Source: an uncultured Chitinophagaceae bacterium
Lineage (GTDB): Bacteria > Bacteroidota > Bacteroidia > Cytophagales > Cytophagaceae
Direction: 5' to 3'
DNA: 64,000 nt
NCBI GenBank assembly: GCA_964437245.1
Contig: CAYTGJ010000002.1
Span: 42 to 64,041, forward strand
The translations under genes and the position numbers were made by a program. Shown here piece by piece: positions 1 through 8,379 of the stretch (position 1 is its first letter; each line of letters starts with the position of its first letter). The notes beneath the pieces are model-generated. The model had not been told where the DNA came from, did no database searches, and was given only the letters and a program-made list of their open reading frames with translations.

Positions 1-150
1 TACTAAATTCGTGTGTCTGAGACCTAACATTATCCCTACTTAAGTCGTGGATAATTTAGGTAATGTGTCTGTTAGAATCCTTAGCTCTTCTCTTTTTTAA
101 ATTTAAGTCTTATCACTAAGACTTGGCTCGTCATTCCTTATAAAAACATC

Positions 151-162
151 TTGTCAAAGAAC
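151..162 (-). promoter_or_regulatory. boxA-like antitermination element (GTTCTTTGACAA on minus strand)
   Basis: Minus-strand AGTTCTTTGACAA matches 10 of 13 positions of E. coli rrn boxA TGCTCTTTAACAA. It lies downstream of two tandem minus-strand -7 boxes in an ORF-free leader. Confidence 0.3.
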
Positions 163-291
163 TTTATAACCCCAGGTCTAATCCCTGAAATCATTTGTGA
201 GATACATTAATCTCTTCTCTCTACTATAATCCGGAAAACTAATTCTTCCTTCTTTTCTCCTTTTTTCTTCCCTTCTTTCTAGAAGGGAGCG

Positions 292-299
292 CAAAGGTA
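292..299 (-). promoter_or_regulatory. candidate Bacteroidota -7 promoter box (TACCTTTG on minus strand), proximal copy
   Basis: CAAAGGTA on plus equals TAnnTTTG on minus. It is embedded in the 15-nt repeat GGGAGCGCAAAGGTA (285-299), which recurs at 414-428. Confidence 0.35.
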
Positions 300-420
300 G
301 TTGTTTTAGATATTCATGTCAAGAAAAATTTAAAATATTTTTTTCGACCCTCTAAACAACACTTCAATGAACTCCTCTATCTCCCTCCTCTCCAAGCGAC
401 CTCAGTTCGTTTCGGGAGTG

Positions 421-428
421 CAAAGGTA
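421..428 (-). promoter_or_regulatory. candidate Bacteroidota -7 promoter box (TACCTTTG on minus strand), distal copy
   Basis: Second copy of the repeat, GGGAGTGCAAAGGTA (414-428). It overlaps the hairpin AGGTAAT-9nt-ATTACCT, so it could instead be part of a weak terminator for the upstream gene. Confidence 0.25.
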
Positions 429-452
429 ATCAAGTTTTAATTACCTGCAAAT

Positions 453-965
453 TTATTTTTGAATATTTTTAAAAATAGGGACGGTACTACACGGTTCTCC
501 ATACATAATACTCTGGACTACTGGGGTTAATAATCCTGAAATTTCTACATACGCAAAAGTCGGCACAGGAAGATTTCCGCAACCCTTGACCACCACTTTG
601 GCATTTCTATATGTTTCCAGATCGATCTTAGAAAGCGCCTGCTGGTATAATGCCTGCTCTAAACTTTCACTGCCGCCAAATACAACCTTATTCGCATAGG
701 GTTGCAGTCTCGTGGCCAACAGCATATATGCCCAGGTAGGAACAATCGCTTCAGCGGAACAAATGATGCCTACATTTTTTCCTTTATATTGACTCCAATC
801 ATGATTTTTAACAAACTCACGGAAATCTTTCTCTTTTAAGATGAGTTCCTGAAAAAGATTTTGCTTTATATCATAAAGAATTCTTTCTCCTTTATCATAA
901 TAATCTTCCAGATCGAATGTAATGAGTGCACTATTGGCTACCTTATTTACAATTTCATTTTCCAT
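453..965 (-). CDS. DUF2480-family protein (conserved Bacteroidota protein of unknown function)
   Basis: 170-aa ORF with clean ATG and stop. Sequence pattern is remembered as DUF2480-like; there are no catalytic motifs. Confidence 0.65.
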   Translation of the reverse strand: MENEIVNKVANSALITFDLEDYYDKGERILYDIKQNLFQELILKEKDFREFVKNHDWSQYKGKNVGIICSAEAIVPTWAYMLLATRLQPYANKVVFGGSESLEQALYQQALSKIDLETYRNAKVVVKGCGNLPVPTFAYVEISGLLTPVVQSIMYGEPCSTVPIFKNIQK

Positions 966-1110
966 GATAAATTAATAATTTTGATCTATAACGTATAGAA
1001 TACGTAAAATAGTTGCATAAGGCCCTTAATTCAAAAAGGGGAACAGGAAATTTAGATAATATGTCCCTTGAAATTAAGAAGCCTCACTTTATACAAATTT
1101 ACAAAAGAAT

Positions 1111-1587
1111 ATGCCTGAATACCGCCTACTTTCTTCTTCAGAGCTGGAAGAGCTAACACAAGAATTTATTGAATACCTTATAGTTAACGGTATAACCGCA
1201 GAAGAATGGGAGAATATAAAGGCGACAGATCTTTCTAAAGCAGAAAAAATCATTGAGCTGTTCAGCGATGTTGTATTCGAAAGTATTTTGCGAAAAACGG
1301 CTTTTCTTGAATATAGAGAAAAACGTAAATTACATGTATTCCAATGTCTTCCTGAAAAACTGGTAGCATTGGTTATGGAAACGGGGGACGAAGCGGGGGG
1401 CAATTTCCTGGATCCTGCCTACGTGATGAAAGCGGCAAATAATCCACCAGTCTCTTTAAAAGTATATACAACAGAAAAAAAATATACCCGAAAAAGGGAG
1501 TCCGAGTTGTTTGAAATGCTTCAAACAGGTTGTACGATCACGGACGATAAGCTCTTTAAAGCACTTTGTCTGGCTCTTCCCCAATAA
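1111..1587 (+). CDS. conserved hypothetical protein (DUF6495-like)
   Basis: 158-aa acidic ORF. The overlapping antisense ORF 1089-1403 has low-complexity Ser-rich composition and was discarded. Confidence 0.55.
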   Translation: MPEYRLLSSSELEELTQEFIEYLIVNGITAEEWENIKATDLSKAEKIIELFSDVVFESILRKTAFLEYREKRKLHVFQCLPEKLVALVMETGDEAGGNFLDPAYVMKAANNPPVSLKVYTTEKKYTRKRESELFEMLQTGCTITDDKLFKALCLALPQ

Positions 1588-1639
1588 CAGGATTTCAGAC
1601 AGGTAAAAAACATTATCTTTATATTCTATTTAAAGTAAC

Positions 1640-2677
1640 ATGGCATCCGGGAAAATCAACGGTATCAAATATAGAATCATCTTTCTTTCTATAGCCTTTA
1701 TAATTACTTATCTGGCTTATAAAATAACGGTTGGCTCAAATCTTCACATTGCAGCGGACACTTATTATTTTTATGTAGGAGAGACTGTTTCTTCCGAAAC
1801 CATTGCCGATACGCTCAAAAAAAGAGGATTTCTACAAAGCCGTCTGTCTTTCAGGCTAATGGCTTCCATACGAAAATTAGAAACTGTAAAGCCCGGAATG
1901 TATGAACTAAAAAAAGGCTGGGGGAATCTGAAAATCATCGGGCATTTTCAAAATCACGATCCAAAACCCACTGTTTTTGTGACACTTCCGGCCGTAAGAA
2001 ACCGCGAGACTATCATCAGAGCTATATGCCAGGGGACCAAGGTACATCCGGATGATGTATGGAAACTACTGAACGATAAAAAATTCTTAAAAGAACTGGG
2101 AGGATTCAACAAGGAATCGGTGTTCGGTATCTTTCTCCCCCGCAATTACAGGCTGTATAAAAACACCACGGCAGAAACGCTTCTGAAAAGATTTTACCAG
2201 GAATATCTTCTTTTCTGGAACAATAAGCGACTGGGACAAGCTACAGATATGGGACTTAAACCTTTTGAAGTCTCGATCCTTTCTTCTATTGTGTACTCTG
2301 AAACCAAACTACCGGAAGAGATGCCGGTAATTGCCGGGGTTTTTCTGAACCGGATCCAGCAAAATATGAGGCTCGAATCGGATCCTACCCTGGTGTATGC
2401 CCATAAAAAATTCAAGACCCGGAGAGTACTTCTGAAAGACAGGCACATCAACTCTCCTTATAATACCTATAAAAACAGGGGATTGCCCCCCGGGCCTATT
2501 CACATTGTTCCTATATGGGTCATTGATAAGGTATTAGAATACGAAGGGCATGATTACCTATACTTTTGTGCCAACCATGATCTTTCGGGCAAACACATTT
2601 TTGCTGAGACATTTGAAGAGCATAAACAAAATGCTAAACGGTATCATCAAAGACTGGATCAAGAAAATATTTTTTAG
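1640..2677 (+). CDS. mltG: endolytic murein transglycosylase MltG (YceG-like)
   Basis: N-terminal TM helix, catalytic region IVYSETK...VFLNR...LESDPTLVYA and C-terminal YNTYKNRGLPPGPI, all typical of the YceG/MltG family. Confidence 0.85.
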   Translation: MASGKINGIKYRIIFLSIAFIITYLAYKITVGSNLHIAADTYYFYVGETVSSETIADTLKKRGFLQSRLSFRLMASIRKLETVKPGMYELKKGWGNLKIIGHFQNHDPKPTVFVTLPAVRNRETIIRAICQGTKVHPDDVWKLLNDKKFLKELGGFNKESVFGIFLPRNYRLYKNTTAETLLKRFYQEYLLFWNNKRLGQATDMGLKPFEVSILSSIVYSETKLPEEMPVIAGVFLNRIQQNMRLESDPTLVYAHKKFKTRRVLLKDRHINSPYNTYKNRGLPPGPIHIVPIWVIDKVLEYEGHDYLYFCANHDLSGKHIFAETFEEHKQNAKRYHQRLDQENIF

Positions 2678-3580
2678 ATGTTAAAAATCGCCTGGAATCC
2701 GCTCTATCATCACCCCGTGCCGGAAGGTCACCGCTTTCCGATGCTCAAATACGATCTGATACCGGAACAACTGGTATACGAAGGTACCATTACCGGTTCA
2801 AATTTATTTCATCCGGATGTTCTGGAAGAACCGATCATTGCAGCTACTCATCATCCGGCTTACTGGACAAAACTGAAAACACTTAGTTTATCTGAAAAAG
2901 AAATAAGAAAAACAGGGTTTGAACTTTCCGAAAGACTTGTTCAACGGGAAATCACCATCATGAACGGGACACTTCAATGTGCGTTGTTTGCGCTTCAACA
3001 CAAAATCAGCATCAACATTGCCGGAGGGACTCATCATGCTTTTTCTGACCGGGGAGAAGGATTCTGTCTCCTAAACGACATGGCTATTGCAGCCAATCAC
3101 TTATTAAAGAATAACCTTTGCAAAAAGATACTCATCGTAGATCTTGATGTACACCAAGGAAATGGCACGGCAGAAATATTTCAACATCAACCCTCTGTTT
3201 TCTCTTTTAGCATGCACGGAGCCAATAATTACCCTTCCCAGAAAGAGATTTCGGATCTTGACATTCCTTTGCCCGATCATACCGACGATGCGCTCTATCT
3301 TTCTACTTTGCAGAAAACACTTCCGCCACTTCTGGATACCGTACAGCCGGACTTTGTATTTTACCAATCAGGGGTAGATATTCTTAAAACAGATAAACTG
3401 GGAAAATTGGCTGTAAGCCGGGAGGGCTGTAAGGAACGCGACAGGATTGTCCTCCAGCTATGTAAAACGAATCACCTTCCTCTATGCATCAGCATGGGGG
3501 GCGGGTATTCTGAGAAAATACAGGACATCACCGAAGCACATTGCAACACCTTCCGGCTAGCGCAGGAACTCTATTTTTAA
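2678..3580 (+). CDS. histone deacetylase-family (AcuC/arginase-fold) deacetylase
   Basis: Motifs GGTHHAFSDRGEGFCLLND and DLDVHQGNGT. The start abuts the mltG stop (TAGATG). Confidence 0.85.
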   Translation: MLKIAWNPLYHHPVPEGHRFPMLKYDLIPEQLVYEGTITGSNLFHPDVLEEPIIAATHHPAYWTKLKTLSLSEKEIRKTGFELSERLVQREITIMNGTLQCALFALQHKISINIAGGTHHAFSDRGEGFCLLNDMAIAANHLLKNNLCKKILIVDLDVHQGNGTAEIFQHQPSVFSFSMHGANNYPSQKEISDLDIPLPDHTDDALYLSTLQKTLPPLLDTVQPDFVFYQSGVDILKTDKLGKLAVSREGCKERDRIVLQLCKTNHLPLCISMGGGYSEKIQDITEAHCNTFRLAQELYF

Positions 3581-3582
3581 TG

Positions 3583-3625
3583 CCTCATTCTTCTTATATT
3601 TACGAAAATATAAGAAGCCATGAGG
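3583..3625 (+). terminator. long hairpin immediately after the deacetylase stop
   Basis: CCTCAT-tc-TTCTTATATTT-acga-AAATATAAGAA-gcc-ATGAGG, i.e. 11+6 bp of stem. Only a weak T tract follows. Confidence 0.4.
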
Positions 3626-3812
3626 ATTTCTATTGATACCAACCCCAAACTATCCGAAAAAGGAAACGCTTCCCTGGAGATGAAATGCTCTATAACAGGA
3701 GACCGGAAATCTGTTTTTCACCTCTGTTTGCAACCGTCAAGCATCAGAAATTTGACAGTAGTCCCTGCTTCCTATAATGTTTTTTCATCTATTAGCTAAA
3801 AACTTCCTTTTC

Positions 3813-4448
3813 ATGAAGTATTTTATTGTCGTAATTATATTCTTTTCTCTGCTCTATACCTCTCAGTTGTCTTTCGCCCAGACACCCAAGGACACGCTAA
3901 CCAACTATTACCTGGAAGTAGCGAAAGGGAAAGTTGAAGAGAAAAAATTCACCGAGGCCAATGATATCTTTAAAAAAATATTTGCGTTAAAGAACCCTGT
4001 TCCGGATGAGCTGGCTTATTTCTATGGGTATACCCTCCTCAATCTTAAAAAATATTCTCAATCCCGCACTGCTCTAAACAAATACCTTGAGCTGCAGGGA
4101 CAAGAGGGACCGCTCTCTCACAAAGCCAGGGAGGCTCTGGAGGAAGCAGATTGCCAGGAAACCGGCTATAAAGACGGCTCCATTGAGTGTGATGTTTGTT
4201 TCGGGGATTCTACCCTTGAAATAAATTGCCGGCAATGCAAAAGTAAAGGAATAGAAGTTTGTCCTCTCTGCAAAGGGAGTGGGGTAACGACCTCCAGCAA
4301 TAATTTTGGCAACAGTTACCACACCTGCCAGCGCTGTGCGGGTGAAAAAATAGTACGTTGTACGTTATGCAAAGGAAATCTTAAAGAGAAAGTAATCTGT
4401 TATAATTGCAACGGGAAAGGAAGAAAAAAAATACGGCGTAAATGCTAA
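3813..4448 (+). CDS. exported TPR-like protein with six CxxC (DnaJ-type) zinc-finger motifs
   Basis: Signal-peptide-like MKYFIVVIIFFSLLYTSQLSFAQ (an alternative ATG is at 3777). The C-terminus carries CDVC, CRQC, CPLCKGSG, CQRC, CTLC and CYNCNGKG. Confidence 0.7.
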   Translation: MKYFIVVIIFFSLLYTSQLSFAQTPKDTLTNYYLEVAKGKVEEKKFTEANDIFKKIFALKNPVPDELAYFYGYTLLNLKKYSQSRTALNKYLELQGQEGPLSHKAREALEEADCQETGYKDGSIECDVCFGDSTLEINCRQCKSKGIEVCPLCKGSGVTTSSNNFGNSYHTCQRCAGEKIVRCTLCKGNLKEKVICYNCNGKGRKKIRRKC

Positions 4449-4514
4449 CGCTATCGTCCTATATACAACATTCTTCTCTTACTTACTATCTGATAAAATA
4501 AAAACCACGATCTG

Positions 4515-5432
4515 ATGAACCGATCTTTTAATACGAAAGCATGGCTAAGTGCTTTCCGACTCCGGACCCTTCCTCTTGCCCTTGCCAGCATCAGTATGGC
4601 TGGTTTTCTGGCATTCTGGTACGGTCAGTTTCATTCAACTGTTTTTTTACTTTGTATTCTTACAACCATTTTATTACAGATCCTTTCCAATCTGGCCAAC
4701 GATTACGGGGATTTTGTAAACGGTGCGGACCTGGCAGGACGTATTGGCCCCCAGCGTGCAGTACAATCCGGTGCGATCAGTCCTTCCGGCATGCGCAATG
4801 CTGTTATTCTTTTTTCAGTTCTTTCGTTCCTTACGGGGACTTATTTACTGTATAGCAGTGGTATCCTTGATTCCATGACGGTCTTCGGATTCTTTCTGGG
4901 GCTGGGAATTCTTGCCATTGTAGCCTCCATCAAATATACGGCAGGGAAGAATCCATACGGATATTCAGGGCTGGGAGATATTGCGGTGCTTATTTTTTTC
5001 GGCTGGACCGGTGTATGTGGAAGCTTTTACCTCCAGACAAAAATGTTTCAGGCTGACCTTTTGCTCCCTGCATCGGCTTGCGGTTTTTTTGCTACAGGAG
5101 TTTTAAATATTAACAACATCCGGGATATTGAGTCTGATACTGCAGCAGGGAAGAAAACCATTCCGATGCGCCTGGGTAGAAAAAGGGCCGTATGGTATCA
5201 TATTTTCCTGATCGCCGCGGGTTTGTTGTGTGCCGTCGGGTATACGATCCTGCATTACAAAAGCGCCTGGCAGCTTCTTTTTTTAGTTTCAGTTCCATTT
5301 TTTATTGTTAATATTGTAAAGGTAAAAACAATGGATTCCAGAGCACTGGACCCTTATCTGAAACAAATGTCATTAAGCACTTTGCTGTTTGTATTCAGTT
5401 TCGGAACCGGGTTGCTCTTATCGATCTCATGA
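4515..5432 (+). CDS. menA: 1,4-dihydroxy-2-naphthoate polyprenyltransferase
   Basis: UbiA-family polytopic protein with NDYGDFVNGAD motif and a MenA-like N-terminus (WLSAFRLRTLPLA). Confidence 0.85.
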   Translation: MNRSFNTKAWLSAFRLRTLPLALASISMAGFLAFWYGQFHSTVFLLCILTTILLQILSNLANDYGDFVNGADLAGRIGPQRAVQSGAISPSGMRNAVILFSVLSFLTGTYLLYSSGILDSMTVFGFFLGLGILAIVASIKYTAGKNPYGYSGLGDIAVLIFFGWTGVCGSFYLQTKMFQADLLLPASACGFFATGVLNINNIRDIESDTAAGKKTIPMRLGRKRAVWYHIFLIAAGLLCAVGYTILHYKSAWQLLFLVSVPFFIVNIVKVKTMDSRALDPYLKQMSLSTLLFVFSFGTGLLLSIS

Positions 5433-6157
5433 AAAAATCTGAACACAGAATTATTATCATAAGCGGAGGAGCCGACACGGTAGCAGAAGCCACCATTGTA
5501 AAATTCTGTACAGAAGGTGCACGGGTCATCCTGTGGGATACCGACGAACAAAAAAGTAAAATTGTAATCGCACATCTGAAAGCGCAGAAATTCAACCTGG
5601 AATTTCAAAAAACTGATATTACCGACTTGGCTGAAACCGAAAAAAGAGCCAAAGAAGTTTATGAGAAATACCATCGCATCGATGTTCTGATCAACAACTC
5701 CGCTATCAGTAGTACTCCCCGGGAGGACGACTGGCAGAAAATAATTGACAAAAGCCTGAGCGGTGTTATGAATTGTATAAAAGCTATTTCCCCTTACATG
5801 CTTCTGAACAATTCCGGAAGGATCCTGAACACCACAGCCTTACTTGGTTTGTACGGGGAAGTAAATCAGGCTGATTATACAGCGGTTAAAAACGGGGTGA
5901 TTGGTATTTCCAAAATATGGGCACTGGAACTTAGTAAATATACGATTACCGTAAATACCGTAGCTCCTGGTTATATTGACCACGAATACATCAATAAAAA
6001 TACTGCTTTGGTGATCAAATCACTCAAAGAAAAGATACCTGCGAGAAGAATCGGTACCCCTCAGGATATTGCCAATGCTTATTTCTTCCTGGCTTCTGAT
6101 GAAGCTTCCTATATTACCGGGACCGTACTGAATGTAGACGGAGGATACAGTGTCTGA
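5429..6157 (+). CDS. short-chain dehydrogenase/reductase family protein
   Basis: NNSAI and YTAVK (YxxxK) motifs. The glycine-rich cofactor motif is degenerate (SGGADTVA). ATGA overlap with the menA stop. Confidence 0.75.
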   Translation: MKKSEHRIIIISGGADTVAEATIVKFCTEGARVILWDTDEQKSKIVIAHLKAQKFNLEFQKTDITDLAETEKRAKEVYEKYHRIDVLINNSAISSTPREDDWQKIIDKSLSGVMNCIKAISPYMLLNNSGRILNTTALLGLYGEVNQADYTAVKNGVIGISKIWALELSKYTITVNTVAPGYIDHEYINKNTALVIKSLKEKIPARRIGTPQDIANAYFFLASDEASYITGTVLNVDGGYSV

Positions 6158-6231
6158 TCGTTTAGCTTCCTATATCGAAATGTTTTACAGCGATCGGACT
6201 TCCTGTTTTTCACTTATAAATTCATCGGTTC

Positions 6232-6804
6232 ATGAAGATCGGTTTGTTTTTCGGTTCCTTTAATCCCATTCACCTGGGGCATCTGATCATTGCCAACACC
6301 ATGGCCGAGAATACAGATCTTCAGGAAGTATGGCTGGTGGTTTCTCCTCAGAATCCTTTCAAGAAAAATACCAGCCTGCTGCACGAATTCGACCGCTACG
6401 AAATGGCTAACCTGGCGATACATGATAGTTATAAATTAAAAGTATCGGACATAGAATTTAATTTGCCACGGCCCAGCTACACCATCGATACCCTCAGCTA
6501 TATTTCGGACAAATTTCCTCTGCATCAATTTGTATTGATCATAGGAGAAGACAACCTCGGCGCTTTCCCTAAATGGAAAAACCACGATAAAATCCTGGAA
6601 TATTACGAACTGTATGTTTATCCGAGACCCGGTGCGGAGAAAACTGGCTTAGCGGAACATCCTAAAGTAAAATTTGTTCCTGCTCCGCTGCTGGACATTT
6701 CCGCCACTTATATCCGTAATAATGTCAGAGAAGGGAAATCCATCCGGTATCTGGTAACTGACGAAGTAGAAAATTATATCAAGAGGAAAAAATTCTTTCT
6801 TTAA
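6232..6804 (+). CDS. nadD: nicotinate-nucleotide adenylyltransferase
   Basis: GLFFGSFNPIHLGHL (HxGH) nucleotidyltransferase motif and ISATYIR near the C-terminus. Confidence 0.9.
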   Translation: MKIGLFFGSFNPIHLGHLIIANTMAENTDLQEVWLVVSPQNPFKKNTSLLHEFDRYEMANLAIHDSYKLKVSDIEFNLPRPSYTIDTLSYISDKFPLHQFVLIIGEDNLGAFPKWKNHDKILEYYELYVYPRPGAEKTGLAEHPKVKFVPAPLLDISATYIRNNVREGKSIRYLVTDEVENYIKRKKFFL

Positions 6805-6807
6805 GAC

Positions 6808-7482
6808 CTATCCTCCGAACCGGACAAAATCTTTCAGGTAAAAAGGCTCAAAATATGCTACGTCTTCAAACCTCTCTTCTTCAAACGCCTGTAATGCAAG
6901 TGCTCCTATATTGATAGCGGAAGGAAAAACATTGTTTATGAATACCGCATTTTTATGCTGGCCTATTAATTTAATGCATTTCTGAGAACCGTCTCCAAAG
7001 AACAACAACGGCTCATTTTGTAATAGGTCATTAAAGGAATGTTCGTCAATTATTTTAGCACTTACGTCTTCTTTACATCCAAGTGTATGATCATACAAGG
7101 CACAGTAGACTTCCATCCGCCGGGCATCAATCATTGGGCATAAAATATATTTACCGGTATTAAAACGATTGACTTCGTATGCCATTGATCTCAGGGTGTC
7201 GATCGCGATCAACGGTTTATCCAGGGCATAGCATAATCCCTTTGCCGTAGAGACTCCGATCCTTAGTCCTGTATAAGATCCGGGACCTTTGGATACCGCG
7301 ACGGCATCCAGTGCTGCCATATTTTCTCCGGAATGAGCAAACAGATTTTCTATTAAAACCGTAATAAATTTAGAATGCGACTTTTCGATCAGGATCTCCG
7401 AGGATGCCAGCAAGGTTTGGCCACGGTACAAGGCGACCGAACATACCTTGGTAGAAGTTTCGATACTTAATATTAACGGCAT
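6808..7482 (-). CDS. tsaB: tRNA t6A37 biosynthesis protein TsaB
   Basis: N-terminal ILSIETSTKVCSVAL and GPGSYTGLRIG motifs. Confidence 0.85.
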   Translation of the reverse strand: MPLILSIETSTKVCSVALYRGQTLLASSEILIEKSHSKFITVLIENLFAHSGENMAALDAVAVSKGPGSYTGLRIGVSTAKGLCYALDKPLIAIDTLRSMAYEVNRFNTGKYILCPMIDARRMEVYCALYDHTLGCKEDVSAKIIDEHSFNDLLQNEPLLFFGDGSQKCIKLIGQHKNAVFINNVFPSAINIGALALQAFEEERFEDVAYFEPFYLKDFVRFGG

Positions 7483-8303
7483 TACTTATAAATAAAAATC
7501 AGCTCAATTATTTTTTTTACGATTACAATAGCCAGAATAGAGGCGTAAATATAGCTAATAGTTTTCGATTTTAACCGTGTGGCCATCCGTACACCATAAG
7601 ACGAGGAATAGATCACCCCTACGACTAACGCCAATGCCACCGGAAAAACAATATACCCCTGATTATAATGGTCAAATGGATAACGAGGAGTTTCAAGCAT
7701 GCTAAACAACGACATGACCAAAGAGGTCATCATAATCACTCCGGAAGAAACCGAGCTTGATTTTTTTATTTCTGCTTTCATTACAGAGTTCAGCAGGGGG
7801 ATGACAACGATCCCTCCTCCAAGTCCCGAAACAGATGCCACGACCCCGCTCCCGATCCCTACGAGTCCAAACTGCCATATTTTTATTTTCTCCAAAGGAA
7901 AATCATAGTGCTTTCTGGCGCTGATCAAGGTGAAAATGAGCATATACAGCAACAGCAGAATAATCACAACATTAAATTTTTGTACATTATACCAATCCGT
8001 ATTGACGATGTATTTAAGTGTAAGCAGAGAACTTATAACGGAAAACGAACCGATGATCACGACCGGACGCGGATAAAACCGCTTCATTTTAAAAAGTGTA
8101 TAATTGGTCGAAGAAGAAGCAAAAAAAATAGCAAAAATAGAATTAGCAATCGTATACTGAGCAATTTCAACCTCGGGAACTCCCATATACCGTAATGCAA
8201 TGGGGATTATGAACACATATATAATGCCTCCTCCTATCCCCACCAGCCCGGCAATAAAACCACCCAGGATACCAGCGAGAATTAAAAACAGAAACGAAAG
8301 CAT
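7482..8303 (-). CDS. TauE/SafE-family anion exporter membrane protein
   Basis: 273-aa polytopic protein with duplicated GIGGG/GLGGG glycine motifs. Overlaps the tsaB start by 1 nt. Confidence 0.8.
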   Translation of the reverse strand: MLSFLFLILAGILGGFIAGLVGIGGGIIYVFIIPIALRYMGVPEVEIAQYTIANSIFAIFFASSSTNYTLFKMKRFYPRPVVIIGSFSVISSLLTLKYIVNTDWYNVQKFNVVIILLLLYMLIFTLISARKHYDFPLEKIKIWQFGLVGIGSGVVASVSGLGGGIVVIPLLNSVMKAEIKKSSSVSSGVIMMTSLVMSLFSMLETPRYPFDHYNQGYIVFPVALALVVGVIYSSSYGVRMATRLKSKTISYIYASILAIVIVKKIIELIFIYK

Positions 8304-8333
8304 GAATGATAACTTACTCTATAGCGTTCATAT

Positions 8334-8369
8334 AAAAAGTGTGTACCATACCGTTGATACACACTTTTT
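8334..8369 (-). terminator. rho-independent terminator after the S41 peptidase gene
   Basis: AAAAAGTGTGTA-12nt-TACACACTTTTT with A/T runs on both sides. Confidence 0.55.
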
Positions 8370-8379
8370 ATATTGTTAA

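Noticed and set aside
241-400. Polypurine tracts on the minus strand (GAAAGAAGGGAAGAAAAAAGGAG, GGAGAGGAGGGAGATAGAGGAG) as Shine-Dalgarno or coding signals
   Set aside because: No ORF longer than about 18 codons follows either tract, and Bacteroidota translation initiation generally does not rely on SD pairing. They are kept only as part of the leader description.
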